Source: Spirogloea muscicola
Lineage: Eukaryota
Direction: 5' to 3'
DNA: 46,469 nt
NCBI GenBank assembly: GCA_009602725.1
Contig: WELB01000027.1
Location: 282,752 to 329,220 of the forward strand
Part shown: in pieces, positions 12,804 to 28,169 of the stretch
Numbering within the stretch: the first letter of the stretch is position 1
Layout of the letters: the number at the start of each line of letters is the position of its first letter
The notes under the pieces: generated by a model
What the model saw: the letters and a program-made list of their open reading frames with translations, nothing else
Databases searched by the model: none
What the model was told of the DNA's origin: nothing
Program-made: the position numbers and the translations under genes

Positions 12804-15702
12804 AAGCTTCTTCTCCTGGCCGCCGCTGCAGTCCGCCCCCGCGCCGCGCAGCCCGCCGCCGCCGCCGCCGCCGCCGCACGGCCGGGCCGCGGCCTGCCGC
12901 TGACGACGCCCATCACCTTCGAGTCTGGACACACAACCACTGATGCATCTAATGCTGACGACTTACTATTAGGCTCAGGGTTTGGGTTAGGTGTAACTCT
13001 ATCTTGAGTTAAGGGCCTGACCTCATAGTTCTCAGGATGCAGCCATTTAGAATCGAATTTTGGGATTGAGTGACGCCTGCTCAAACCTCGCTGCACCCGT
13101 CTTCCTCTCGGTTGTATTTGCTGTCCTTCCCCCATGGCATGCACCTGCGGGATCCTGGCTCGCATCGCCGGCTGTGGTTGCAACCGGTGGCCCAAGCGCT
13201 GATTGCGCCTCGGTTGCGGCGGCGCCACTGTTTGTGGGCGCAGGGACGGCGGAGTGAAGCGAGAGCCCAAGGCCTTCCTCAACCACGCTTCGCAGGCCGT
13301 GTCGGAGCACAAGGCCTGCACCTCTCCGACCTCAAGCTGCTGGCCGCGTAATGGCTGGCAAGCATCGTGCGGTCTGGCGCCGGCCGCACCTTCTGACGTG
13401 CAGCGCGGCGGCGGCAGGGCGCAGGCACGTCCGCGCGCTTCAGCGCCGATGGCCGCTGGCTCGCCACCGGCGGCGCCGACGCCTCCCTCAAGCTCTACGA
13501 GGTCGCCAACACCGCCGCCTACGCAGCCCTTGTGGCCGCCCACCTCCTGGCCCAACAGGCCCGGATGTCGCTTGGGTCCGGCGCCAACGAGCGCACTGCT
13601 GATATTGCCATGCTGCTGCGCTGGAGTCCAGGTGGAGGCTCTCAGAGCGCAGTTTGCGCCAACCGAGGAGGGCGCTCTGGCGGAGCGCCCCAACATCCGC
13701 GTCTACCTCGACCACGCCCAGGTCCGCTGCCGACTGCCAGAGCTGGCGGCCGCCAGCTGTCCGCGGTTGCCACCACTCTGCGCTCGGCCTTGGCTGCTCC
13801 TGCAGTCAGCTGCTAGTGCTGACGGCTGCCTGGGGCCCGGGAGCGGTGGCGCATCGGCAGCGCAGCAAATAAACGACGCGGACTTCCACCCGACTACGCC
13901 CATCCTCATCTCTGCCGCCGACGACAGCACCATCAAGTGGGCTGCCGTTTATGCTGCCTTCGCAACTGCCGCCTGTGCAGCCCTTACACTGTCCTCTATT
14001 TCTCAATGTTGTCATAGAAAGCCTGCCATTATTGCCAGCTCCACTCAAGGGCGCTGTTAAGGAGACCTGCTCTGCTGCTATGCGTTGGCGCAGGTTCTTC
14101 GACTTCCGGTACACCGCCCGGCGAGCCTTCCGCGTCATCCAGGTGCTCAGCCTCTCGTCCGGCCCACCGGCAGGGCCAGGCTGGCAAGCTCGGCACATTC
14201 GCCAACAGTCGCCAAAGCAGCAGCGCCAAAGCCTAGCGCGCTGCATTGGCTGGTGCCGGCGCAATTTGTGGTCAGGATACTCACCGCGTGAAGTCCGTTG
14301 CCTTCCACCCCTGTGGCGAGTACGTCCTCGCTGGTGAGATGTGCTCCGTCCAAGTTCCTGCAGGGGATACTAAGAAATTGGAGATCAGATCTGAGAAACA
14401 TGAACCAAGACTTGTGCCTAATGGCTTAAGGGTCAGCTTCTGTTGCCAACACTGCTGCTGCCCTTGCCCTGCTCGGTTGGAGATGGCTGTTGAGGCTTGG
14501 TCGCACCTTGTGAACTATAACTCATGGTTAGGTGTACACAGGCACGGAGCATGCGCTGCTGCACCTCTACGATGTGAATACTTTCAAGTGCTTCCTGTCG
14601 GCGGCTGTCCAGCCGCCGCACATCGGCGGTGCTGTGAACCAGGCGAGCAGCGCTGGGCTGGTGTCACTGCAGAGCGCACTCGCTGGCCGCTGTTGCAGTG
14701 CGGCGCTGAAGGTGTGGCTTTGCTGCAGATGGCAACTGCTGATGCCCCTCTCCTGTCTCCTACCCCGTTGGCTGCTGTTGCCAGGTCCGATACAGTCAGA
14801 CCGGCGCGGCATATGCGAGCTGCCACAAGGATGGTGCCGTGCGGCTGTGGGACGGCGTGACTGGGCGCTGCGTGCGAGTCCTGGGTGGGCCCGACATCAG
14901 CACCGCTGCCAGTGGTGCCGGCCAGGCCGCCGCCGGCGCTGGTGAAGTCGCGGCACGACCTGAGGCAATAAGTGTGGCCTTCAGTCGAGACCAAAAGTGA
15001 GTTACTGCCAGCAAGGGTGCTTGTGGGGGGCTGAAGTTGTAAGATCAGGCTTTGTATACGTTGTGGACACCAGATCTCCACATGAAACCCTGTCTTTGCT
15101 ATGTTACTGTAGCAGCAGCAGTGACTGCGGACGGTTTGAGCTTCTATGCAGGTACCTGCTGACAGGTGGGCAGGATGGCACTGCTAGATTGTGGGACATT
15201 GGCAGTGGCCAGCAAGTACAGACATACGGTGGCGGTGGCGGCGGTGGCAACGGCAACGGCGGTGGCGACGCCACACCCTCCTCTGGCCAGGTGCAGTGAG
15301 AACAGCAGTTTCATCTGCATCGAGCCGTACGGTCAGGGCGTGTCTGGCGCTGCTAACGGTTGCAGGGAGCAGGGTGGCGGCCAGGCGGCATTCGATCATG
15401 TGGAGGAGCTGGTGCTGAGCACAAGCGGCGTGACAAATGAGGTGCGTGCGCCAATGGGCAGTACAGCTGCTAGCGCTGCACCTGCGCGAAGCACCACAGA
15501 GTTGGCTCTAAGTAATGTCAGCTGGGCAGCCCTGCAGGTGGTTGTGTGGGATGTCGTGACGGGCAAGGAGGTGGCGCGCTTGCCCTCGGGGCACACCGGC
15601 ACTCCAACCACACTTGCACATTCACCGGCTGAGGCGGTGTTTGCGACAGTGGGCGCGGACCATGTTGTGCGCCTGTGGGTCGAGCAGGCTGAGTCGTTAT
15701 AG
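12804..15702 (+). CDS. CSTF1: Cleavage stimulation factor 50 kDa subunit (WD40), N-terminus not found; exons approx 12804-12922, 13244-13313, 13418-13501, 13632-13721, 13866-13936, 14094-14142, 14276-14333, 14542-14642, 14785-14996, 15152-15290, 15373-15441, 15538-15702
   Basis: SEHK|GAGTSARFSADGRWLATGGADASLKLYE, DHAQQINDADFHP, FFDF..RAFRVIQDTHRVKSVAFHPCGEYVLAGTEH..LHLYDVNTFKCF, HSPAEAVFATVGADHVVRLW follow plant CstF-50 colinearly. Confidence 0.9.
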
Positions 15703-17389
15703 TGGGAGCACAAGGGACTGGCGGCTCAGCTGCCGTCAATGATCCTGGCGGCACTGGCGGTTACAGCATTCGTGGGTCGATGATGGTGCCATCGACGCTA
15801 GCGTCACCGCAAGCACTGCTGCGCTATGCTCGTCCGGCTGGGCAGGGATGACACAGAAGCCAAGTCATCGGAGCAGGGCTTTGCGAGAGGAGCAACACCA
15901 GCCAGCTGCCGTGGCATGAAGGATACCGGGGTGGTTGTGGGAGAAGCGGCGACGGCAGTGCAAGAAGCGCCAATGGTGAGGAGAACGGTGCTGCATGCCA
16001 AGGGCGAAAGCAAAGGGGCTTGGGTGTAAAGGGGTGGCGATGCATGCGACGCGCCCAATCTGGCTCTGGGACCATTTGTGTTCTCGTTAGCAGTAAGCAG
16101 CATATTGACCGGCCTGCTTCCGAAAGCAAGGCCTGTGTCCTTGATCCTGGAGGACAGGCAGTCAGAATGTAAGCGGCGCATGGTCCATTTGGTACATGTG
16201 CCTGCTTGAGGACTGTGGATCCTCCCTGCACATGGGCTTGACGAAGGCCCTCTTTTACTATGCGCAATTTCCTCTTCCGCCTGCAGTGCCAGCCCAGCTC
16301 CTACAATCGTCATGTCCTAGTATCAGAGCCTTTGCAGCCTCAGGCACGTTAGAACCCCCATAAGCTACCTGCTCCGTGTCATCAGGGCTGTCCTCGAAGG
16401 GAGGCTGCTCATCCGCAGAAAAGAAGCTCTTCATGTGGAGAAGAGGCTCTTCAAGAGAGGGCGATGGCTGCGAGAAGCAAGCCCAAACAAATTGCTGCTG
16501 CAGGCGCCGCCCATAGACACTGCCACGTGCTTCGATGGATGTTGCAGGCCCCAGCTGATTGATCAGGAGTAGATCAAGGTTAACAGACTGTATCATTGAA
16601 CGACCAATGAGAGAAGGCGCCCATTGCGGCATGAAACGGAAGGAGGCCAAACAGAGCCAATACACTGTTCAGGCAACCAATGTGAAGGATGGGGCTACAC
16701 AAAGCGACGCCCTTGGCTTAGAGGCCCTTGGCTAGAGGAGCTGAGGTAACAGGACGAAAGCACAAGTGAAGGGGAACTTCAGTATCCACGAGTGAGTACG
16801 GCACCGCACATACAGATTGACAGGCTAGCTTGGAGCCAGAGCACCGCCACGAACGTCAGTGGCCTGGCTTAGAAGAAGCACTGTTCCAGAGGGCTGTGAG
16901 AGAAATAGCTCTTCCATGTAAAGCAATGGCTGTGAGATGCCAGCCCAAAGGACTAAACAATAAGGTGAGAAGAAAAGGCAGCTCAGCTTTGCTCATACTT
17001 TGTTCGGGCTGGCATCTCACAGCCACCGCCCTCTCCCGGAAGCCTCTTTCCGCCTAGAGCACCGGCAGCTCTTCCAGAGCTTCCAGTGCTTTAGGTGGAG
17101 ATAGTGAAGACAGAAAGGGGGTGAGGCTGTGAAAAGCGAGCCCGAAAACTTGACAGAAGTGAAAGAGAGAAGGCGCGCGGTGCGCATGAAATTAAAGCGA
17201 GGCCAATTCAAGCCAGTACATTGTTCAGACAAAAACTAGCGCAAAGATAAGGGGGAAAGACGAGAAGTAGTAACACTCTTCCAGTAGAGGGCGATGGCTG
17301 TGATGGCTGGCCAGCCCAGAAAGTGCGAAGAGGCCAGCCACGGGGGCACGGTCGGGGCACGGTCCGCCGTTGACCGTCAGGGGCCGCCA

Positions 17390-17572
17390 GAAAAAAGGGC
17401 TCGCCCATTGAGGATAGGGGCTGGACAAGCCAGCCCAAAAAAGAATGAACAAAGAACGAGAAGGGGGCCAGAGGAAGCCAGAGGAAGCGCTAAGAAACCA
17501 AAGCACACAAAGAAAGAAAGCAGCTACAAATTACTCAGTAACCCCTGCTAAGCAGCCGCAAATCAGAGAGGC
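17390..17572 (-). mobile_element. 3' end of CRE-like retrotransposon (subfamily A), running into gap
   Basis: Nearly identical reverse complement of 18220-18398. Confidence 0.85.
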
Positions 17573-18047
17573 NNNNNNNNNNNNNNNNNNNNNNNNNNNN
17601 NNNNNNNNNNNNNNNNNNNNNNNNNNNNNNNNNNNNNNNNNNNNNNNNNNNNNNNNNNNNNNNNNNNNNNNNNNNNNNNNNNNNNNNNNNNNNNNNNNNN
17701 NNNNNNNNNNNNNNNNNNNNNNNNNNNNNNNNNNNNNNNNNNNNNNNNNNNNNNNNNNNNNNNNNNNNNNNNNNNNNNNNNNNNNNNNNNNNNNNNNNNN
17801 NNNNNNNNNNNNNNNNNNNNNNNNNNNNNNNNNNNNNNNNNNNNNNNNNNNNNNNNNNNNNNNNNNNNNNNNNNNNNNNNNNNNNNNNNNNNNNNNNNNN
17901 NNNNNNNNNNNNNNNNNNNNNNNNNNNNNNNNNNNNNNNNNNNNNNNNNNNNNNNNNNNNNNNNNNNNNNNNNNNNNNNNNNNNNNNNNNNNNNNNNNNN
18001 NNNNNNNNNNNNNNNNNNNNNNNNNNNNNNNNNNNNNNNNNNNNNNN
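17573..18047. other. Assembly gap
   Basis: Run of N. Confidence 1.
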
Positions 18048-18403
18048 TCCATGGTGAACCGGTAGACTTTCCTGCAGCCGGGTCGCTGGCGCAAGTGTAT
18101 CGCATGCGCTTGGCCGTCTCGCTGCAGAGGTCCATGGCCCGTGCGCTGCACCTTCGTGCCGGACGAGCCCTCGCTGCTGCCTCTGGCTCTGTCCAGGGGA
18201 CCCACTTCCAGGACCCTAGCCTCTCTGATTTGCGGCTGCTTAGCAGGGGTTACTGAGTGATTTGTAGCTGCTTTCTTTCTTTGTGTGCTTTGGTTTCTTA
18301 GCGCTTCCTCTGGCTTCCTCTGGCCCCCTTCTCGTTCTTGGTTCATTCTTTTTTGGGCTGGCTTGTCCAGCCCCTATCCTCAATGGGCGAGCCCTTTCTT
18401 TCC
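18048..18403 (+). mobile_element. 3' part of CRE-like retrotransposon (subfamily A)
   Basis: HGEPVDFPAAGSLAQVYRMRLAVSLQR..DLRLLSRGY*, nearly identical to 45644-45850; terminal motif and TTTC tail. Confidence 0.88.
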
Positions 18404-18575
18404 AACGTAAGGCAATGGCTGCGAGAGGCCAGGCCGAAAGCGATGTACAGTACAACGTCTGGGATGGGCCGAAGGCGCAAACTGCACGAAAGTACTGTTG
18501 ATGGTTGTATCCGCGGCCGTCGGGAGCCTGACGACCACCATTCCCCGCGGCCCGCGAGCTCCCCACCCCGCGGCC

Positions 18576-22221
<3,646 letters not shown>

Positions 22222-22757
22222 TCATGAAAGGTCATCTGTAATGTGGTCGTGAAGCTTTGCAGCTGTAAGCTGACAACTTCAACCTGCAGGTAGTCAATGC
22301 CAAATTTTTGTGCTCTTTGCCAGACAATCATATTCTTATTTATGATGGCCGCCATCTGTCAGGAGTGCATTGCGTTGTGTCTTTCACTGCTTGCGTGCCA
22401 GGTTGAAGTCAGTGCAGGGTGCAGGAAGGACCTGCAGCCATCTTGGTCATACGATTTGACCTTCTAGGTGCTGGGCATATCCACTGTCTTGGCTGCTTGA
22501 GTCTGATGTTACTGCTGCTAGTATCAGGACTTGTCCTCATTTGAAGATGGCTTTGTTTGGGGCATGATCAAGGGGCCTGTAATATGGTCGCCACAATGAG
22601 CAGAAGCAGAAGCATACAGGCACTCTCTTTATTTCTTTTTGCCAGATAGTGCAACATTCACTGCCGTTTCTACTTTTGACGTGGCCAAGACTAGTGGAAC
22701 CAGTAGTACTGATCAATCTGGAAGTACAGAAACAACAACGGACAATCAGTCCCGTCC

Positions 22758-22830
22758 CTACGCTCCGTAATCACGGGTTAGCAAGTCGAGGTCGCTGATC
22801 GGTGCCCAAATTCGGGCTCCAAGTCCGCGG
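22758..22830 (-). mobile_element. Short remnant of retrotransposon ORF tail (subfamily C)
   Basis: IWAPISDLDLLTRDYGA* resembles IRASLSDL*GLTRDY at 32030-32075. Confidence 0.55.
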
Positions 22831-24317
22831 CTCCAAGTCCAAGCTTGGGTGGGGGGGGTGCCGCCCACGTCGCCATCGTGGGGCCCATGGAAACTTTGAG
22901 CCGGCGACGAAACGAAGGCCAGGCGCGTGGCCCCGCAATGGGCGGGCTCGGATTCCCGGCGGTCCCGTGGTCTGGCCAAGGCAACGTGCCCTCGTTGACT
23001 CCGCCTCACGGAGCCGCATCTCTCCCTGCGCTTGTCCAATACCTGTCGCTCTGATATGCGTGTTAGCTGCAGCGCGGCACTTGACCCGCTTCGTGGGTCC
23101 AGCTCTACTGCCACCGCGCTGCGCCCAGCTGCTTTCAGCAGCTCCGACCAGAAAGCAAGCACCGCCAGTGCCGCTTACAAGCGCATAAAAGCCGCCGTGC
23201 TGCGTGACGGGAACGAGTTGTTCTGCCAGCATCGTTCCAGCGGCGCGCTCTGGGAGCGGCTCCGCCTGTCTGCAGACTAGCGCATTACGCATTGCATGGC
23301 GCTTGTCCACTTTAAGCCGCTGTACTATTCCACGCTGTCATGCGTCTGCAGCCTTCTGAGACGGACACGCCTTACACTCGTGCCTATGCGAGCTTGGCAG
23401 CTAGCCTCCGAGAGAGCTCAGTAAGCACAGGATAGGAGGAGCAACAGGTGCTGAGGACGCGATGTTGCAGTTGCGGCATACGGTAAGTGCTTGGAAAGTT
23501 CTCATAAAGTCATTCGTGTTAGCTGTCTTCCCACCTAGTTTAGTAACACCATTGGCCATAGCAGTCATATAAGTTGGGCTGTTGCTTAAGCATCGGCATC
23601 ATTTCAAGCTGACCGCGTCATACTAGTCATTTGATGCTTCAATATACTTTTGTAGTTGAAGGGACTTCACATTCTGTACCAGATATGGCGGAGTTAACCT
23701 ACATCTACATGCTGGATATGTACTGAGGCTGAAGCTTTGATCACGATAAGGCAGCGTATTGCTGACTCCATATTACTTGTGATCTTTAACTACAGGCGAT
23801 GCCCTTTTGTTGAAGGGCTGAAGCCCTGGGCCTGACAAACGCGAACATTAAGCTCAAGCTGCGTACAGCTATGCCAGCATGTTTTATGACGTGACTGTCT
23901 GTTACAGATTCTGCTTTGGCATATATATGGCTTGCAATGAATTAAAGAGTCTTCAGTCTGTCAAGCTGTGTGATTTACCAACTCTCTCCCTTATGTACAT
24001 GCCGCACGTGTATGACACTCTGGCTTGTTTTCTTGGCTTTCAAAGTTTGCTTCGTTTTCAGCATGTTGATAGCGCCAGCGCATTGCTGCATTCAAGGAAG
24101 GTGCAGCCCCTGATGAGAAAATGGAGTGTGTATTGAGTAAAGGGGCCAAGTACACAGGGAAGCACATTGAAACTTCGATATGAGAACGGCTAGTTACAGC
24201 TTGTTCTTACGGCTTCTAGAGGTCTCTCATGCTGCATACTTATACTCACACACAATCTCCTTTACTAATGGATCGGCATACTCTTCCTTATCCACATACT
24301 CTCCTCTACTAGTGGAC

Positions 24318-25115
24318 AGCTAATATTTGACAGTCTGCCACAGTAGAAAGCCAACTTTTTCACCTAAGTGCTGCAGAAAGTCACCTTAAATGCAAAGATT
24401 GATCAGCTCTCCACGTGTTGTGCTGCCTGCAGGTTGACATGTGCCCGTGACGAGTATAGTGCTGTATGGCAGGCTGGGTCACTCCAAGCTGCATGACTAT
24501 GCTGCTGGAGCACCTTGACTTTGACAATGTACTAATAGAGGAGATATATGGATGCATTAGTAGAGGTCGATATGTGTCAGTATATGTATTTAGCATTGAG
24601 ACCTCTGTTGTATATCATTATTGTCAAATCTGTTTGAAAAAAGATGAGCATGACTATAAACTGCCATAGTCATGCATGTTTTGAAAGATGAGCATGACTA
24701 TATACTGCATACTCAAGCATGACTATAAACTGCCATAGTCATGCATGTTTTGAAAGATGAGCATGACTATATACTGCATACTCATGCTCATCTTTCAAAA
24801 CAGATTTGACAATAATGATATACAACAGAGGTCTCAATGCTAAATACATATACTGACACATATCGACCTCTACTAATGCATCCATATATCTTCTCTATCA
24901 GTAAATTGTCAAAGTCAAGGTGCTCCAGCAGCATAGTCATGCAGCTTGGAGTGACCCAGCCTGCCATACAGCACTATACTCGTCACGGGCACATGTAAAC
25001 CTGCAGGCAGCACAACACGTGGAGAGCTGATCAATCTTTGCATTTAAGGTGACTTTCTGCAGCACTTAGGTGAATAAGTTGGCTTTCTACTGTGGCAGAC
25101 TGTCCAATTTTAGCT
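24318..25115. repeat. Long palindrome: ~335-bp arms (24318-24653 / 24782-25115) around a 69-bp tandem duplication (24647-24715, 24716-24784)
   Basis: Arms read as reverse complements with only a few mismatches. Confidence 0.95.
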
Positions 25116-25127
25116 CACAGTGATGCA

Positions 25128-26051
25128 TCACTTCACCTGGAGCTCGACCTCCGAGAGGAAGCCAAGCAGGCCCTCAAAGTCGTCAAGGTCAAATGCGGGG
25201 CTTGCAGGTCCGGCCGCAGCAGTGGCAGTGGTTATGGTGGCCTCCAGCTCCTCGAAAAGGTTTGCAAGGTCATTGCCCTCAGCCTCACAGTCGTGCGGCG
25301 GGCTCGGTAGCGGCGACGGCATGGCAACATCAACACCGGTGGCAATGTCGGAGCCCCACACTGCGGACTTGCAGTGCCTGTTGAGAACCTGCTCGCTACA
25401 GTAAGGTCTAACATCAGTACCACGTTCAGATTGTACCGTACAGCATGCTGCACAGGCCACCCATTAAAACTGTGTCGGGTGAAGGTCAGGCGGGTGATCA
25501 AGGTCGCAGCTTGGCTGACAGCTGGCAAAAAGCAGGCTGCAGTGGCCACTGCCTAAGGGTCGCTGACGTCAGCCTTTATGATTGACGTACCGGAGACTGT
25601 TGCAAGGCCCTGGCGGGCTTCATTGGCACGGATGGCGACTGCAAAACGGCTTTCTTGACGCCCAGGGTGGCTTTCCGCTTTCTGGACGAAGGGTGGACGG
25701 TTGCTAAGTTTGCGTGCCGAGTGGGCTCGCTCGCGCCGACGGGTCCTAGTACACAGGCAAATGCCGAGAATGACACCGGTTGAGAATTCAGAGCTTGTTC
25801 AATAGTGAGGGCAAGTGAAGATAGGACACAACAGTGGATACAAGCACGAGCAGCGAGGCCTGTAAGCGAGTACCTCGACATTGGGCAAAGGTACGCGACA
25901 ACGCGAGGCGGGCCTCGCTCTTCCAAAGCCGGATGATGCCGGCCTGGATAAGCTGCGCCGCGGCGAGGCTGTGCGGCGCCGCGTCCTCGGCGTCGGAGTG
26001 GGCGATGTGGCAGGAGGGCGCCAGGCACTGCGGCGCCGATACCTCGGCCAT
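25128..26051 (-). pseudogene. Orphan gene A, copy 1 (probably degenerate)
   Basis: MAEVSAPQCLAPSCHIAHS..QAGIIRLWKSEARLAL conserved in 3 copies; acidic tail DLDDFEGLLGFLSEVELQVK* conserved in 2; frameshift, mutated acceptor and stop relative to copy 3. Confidence 0.45.
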
Positions 26052-26933
26052 GCAGCGCGGACGGGGAGGGGCCGCAGGCGGCGCGGGCGCAGGCTGCGCG
26101 GTGGGCGGCGGCGGCGGGTGGGCGTGGGAGGCCGCGGGAGCGAGCGGGGGGGGGACTGCAGGGCCAGCGCTCCGGGCTCCCCGATCATGTAGGGGGAGGG
26201 AGGGGTCTCGGCTGGCGCGGGGAAAAGCACGCGGCTGCTGATCTCATGAGACGGGCTGTGAACGAGAGAGCGCGCGGTGCGCATAAGATGAAGGGGCCAA
26301 TTCAAGACATGCTATTTCCACACATCCTGGATCTGTCAGTACTGCTGGCAGTCAATAAGGGATAGCTTACAGGGGGGGGGAATGGGATCCATAAAGAAAA
26401 TAGAATCATCGAATTGGAGGATGGGGGCGGGGGCTGTGAAAAGCCAGCCAGAAAGAGTGAAGAAAGTATCACGCTGAGGCATCTAACGGCGAAGAGCCGA
26501 CTGCAGTGATGCTTGGAGGCGCACGCGAGGCGGGGCGCTGCAAGCAACTACCGCGTCCCTGTGGCCCGCCTAGCCGTTCCCCTTCTCCCCTTCTCCCTTG
26601 GGGAGGAAGAGGCCCATCCTTTTCTGTGCCGGCCTTTCAAGGGGACTGCTTTCCGGCGGCTAATCCTTTTGACTTGCGGCCACTCAATCCAAGGCTACTA
26701 GATGACCATTTCACAGCAATCACCCCCTTCCTCTCTCCCCTCCCCGTCACCGCTCTCTCGCCCAACGGCCTGGGCTTGCAGGCGGGCACCCTTCCTCGCC
26801 CACCTCCCTCCTCGGCCGCCTCCCACCCGACCCCGCGGCTCTGGCCAGGCATCAGAGCCAGCGCCAGCAGCGCCTCTGCCGCAACGAGGACGGTACGCCT
26901 CATGCTGGACGACGGAGGCGAAAGCTGGGATGT

Positions 26934-27374
26934 GTGAGGAGCGCGCTGGAGCTGGTCACTTCGGAAAAACGTCACGCTGACTGGTCACTTGGTCAGCTGG
27001 CATGCATGCTAAAGCAAACCACAGACTACATGGCACACGACAGCGGCAAGGGTGGCTTGTCACACCGAGCGCGTCGATCTGCTCAAAGTTGGCGGCGATG
27101 CTGTGGTGGAACTCCTCCTCCCACAAGCGCAACTGGGCCGCTCCTCCACGCCCGCGAGCGGCAAGCGGCCAGATGCTCTTGTGGGAGGAGGAGTTGTACG
27201 ACGGCATCGCCGCCAACCTTGAGCAAAGCGACGGACTCGGGGGTGACAGCCACCCTTGCCACTGTCGTGTGCCACACATGCTGTAGTCTGTGGTTTCGCT
27301 TCGCCTGCATGCCAGCTGACCAAGTGACCAGTCAGCCTGTCCTTTGAATTGACCAGCTCCAGCGCGCTCCTCAC
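26934..27374. repeat. Imperfect fold-back (~205-bp arms) made by inverted duplication within orphan gene B
   Basis: gtgaggagcgcgctggagctggtca...tgaccagctccagcgcgctcctcac; both arms encode the LWEEE..IAAN.EQ.D.LG peptide on opposite strands. Confidence 0.92.
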
Positions 27375-28169
27375 CCATACCTGCTGCTGCCGTGCAACAG
27401 ATCACCAGACAGTCTAAAGAGAGCCCTGTAACACCGGCGGCATGTCGCATGCGGAAGCCAAGCAAGCGGTCTCCCAACGCGAGCAGCTCCAGCAAGATTC
27501 CAAGGCCTCCGTGTGTTCTCCTCCCCTTTCAGCATCTTTGGGCTCAGGCACATGCTCTGCACCAGAGAGTGGGGCGAGCTCTGAATGGTGGCTGGCTTGC
27601 TTGCAACCTGCCATCTAGTGTTCGGGCAGCCACTTCTACATGCTGACCCGCATCTTCTGAGCGGGTCAGTATAGCAGCACGCGGCCTCCATCTATGGATG
27701 CTTTTGCGTGTGTACTTGGCCGGTCAGGCTGTGTGTCGTTCAACACATGCTATTCCTCTATCCGGGGTCTGTCAGTACTGTTGGCAGTCAATGAGGGACA
27801 ACTTACAGCTTACAGGCAGAACACGCCAGCTGTCAAACAAGGTACGATGCTTAACAGCGTACTTTGTGACCTGACTGCATCTTACAGTGCCAGGACCAAG
27901 GGCGATATCATGGTAACATCCACAAGTGCTTGCTGATCTCTGTACTCACCTTGACTGGGCTCTTACATCTGTAACCGAGCATCAGTGAAATTGCAGATGG
28001 AGGAGAGAATGGATATTTCCTTGATCTGGCCCTAGGTCGTTGAATGGAAAACGAAGTCAAGGCGGTTCATTGCCCAAGATCGCGCCTTGTCTGACAGCTC
28101 ACATTCATTGCCAGGATGCCATGACTAGAAAGAAGAACAAGATTTGGTATCACTGCCGCTGGTGCAAGT

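Noticed and set aside
12975..12995. Telomere-like tcagggtttgggttagg
   Set aside because: Only about three degenerate units inside an intron
15780..16700. Several 70-170 aa ORFs downstream of CstF-50
   Set aside because: No recognisable motifs or consistent splice model
22880..24160. Exon-like AG/GT-bounded segments on the + strand
   Set aside because: In-frame stops and no recognisable family; may be a decayed gene but cannot be supported
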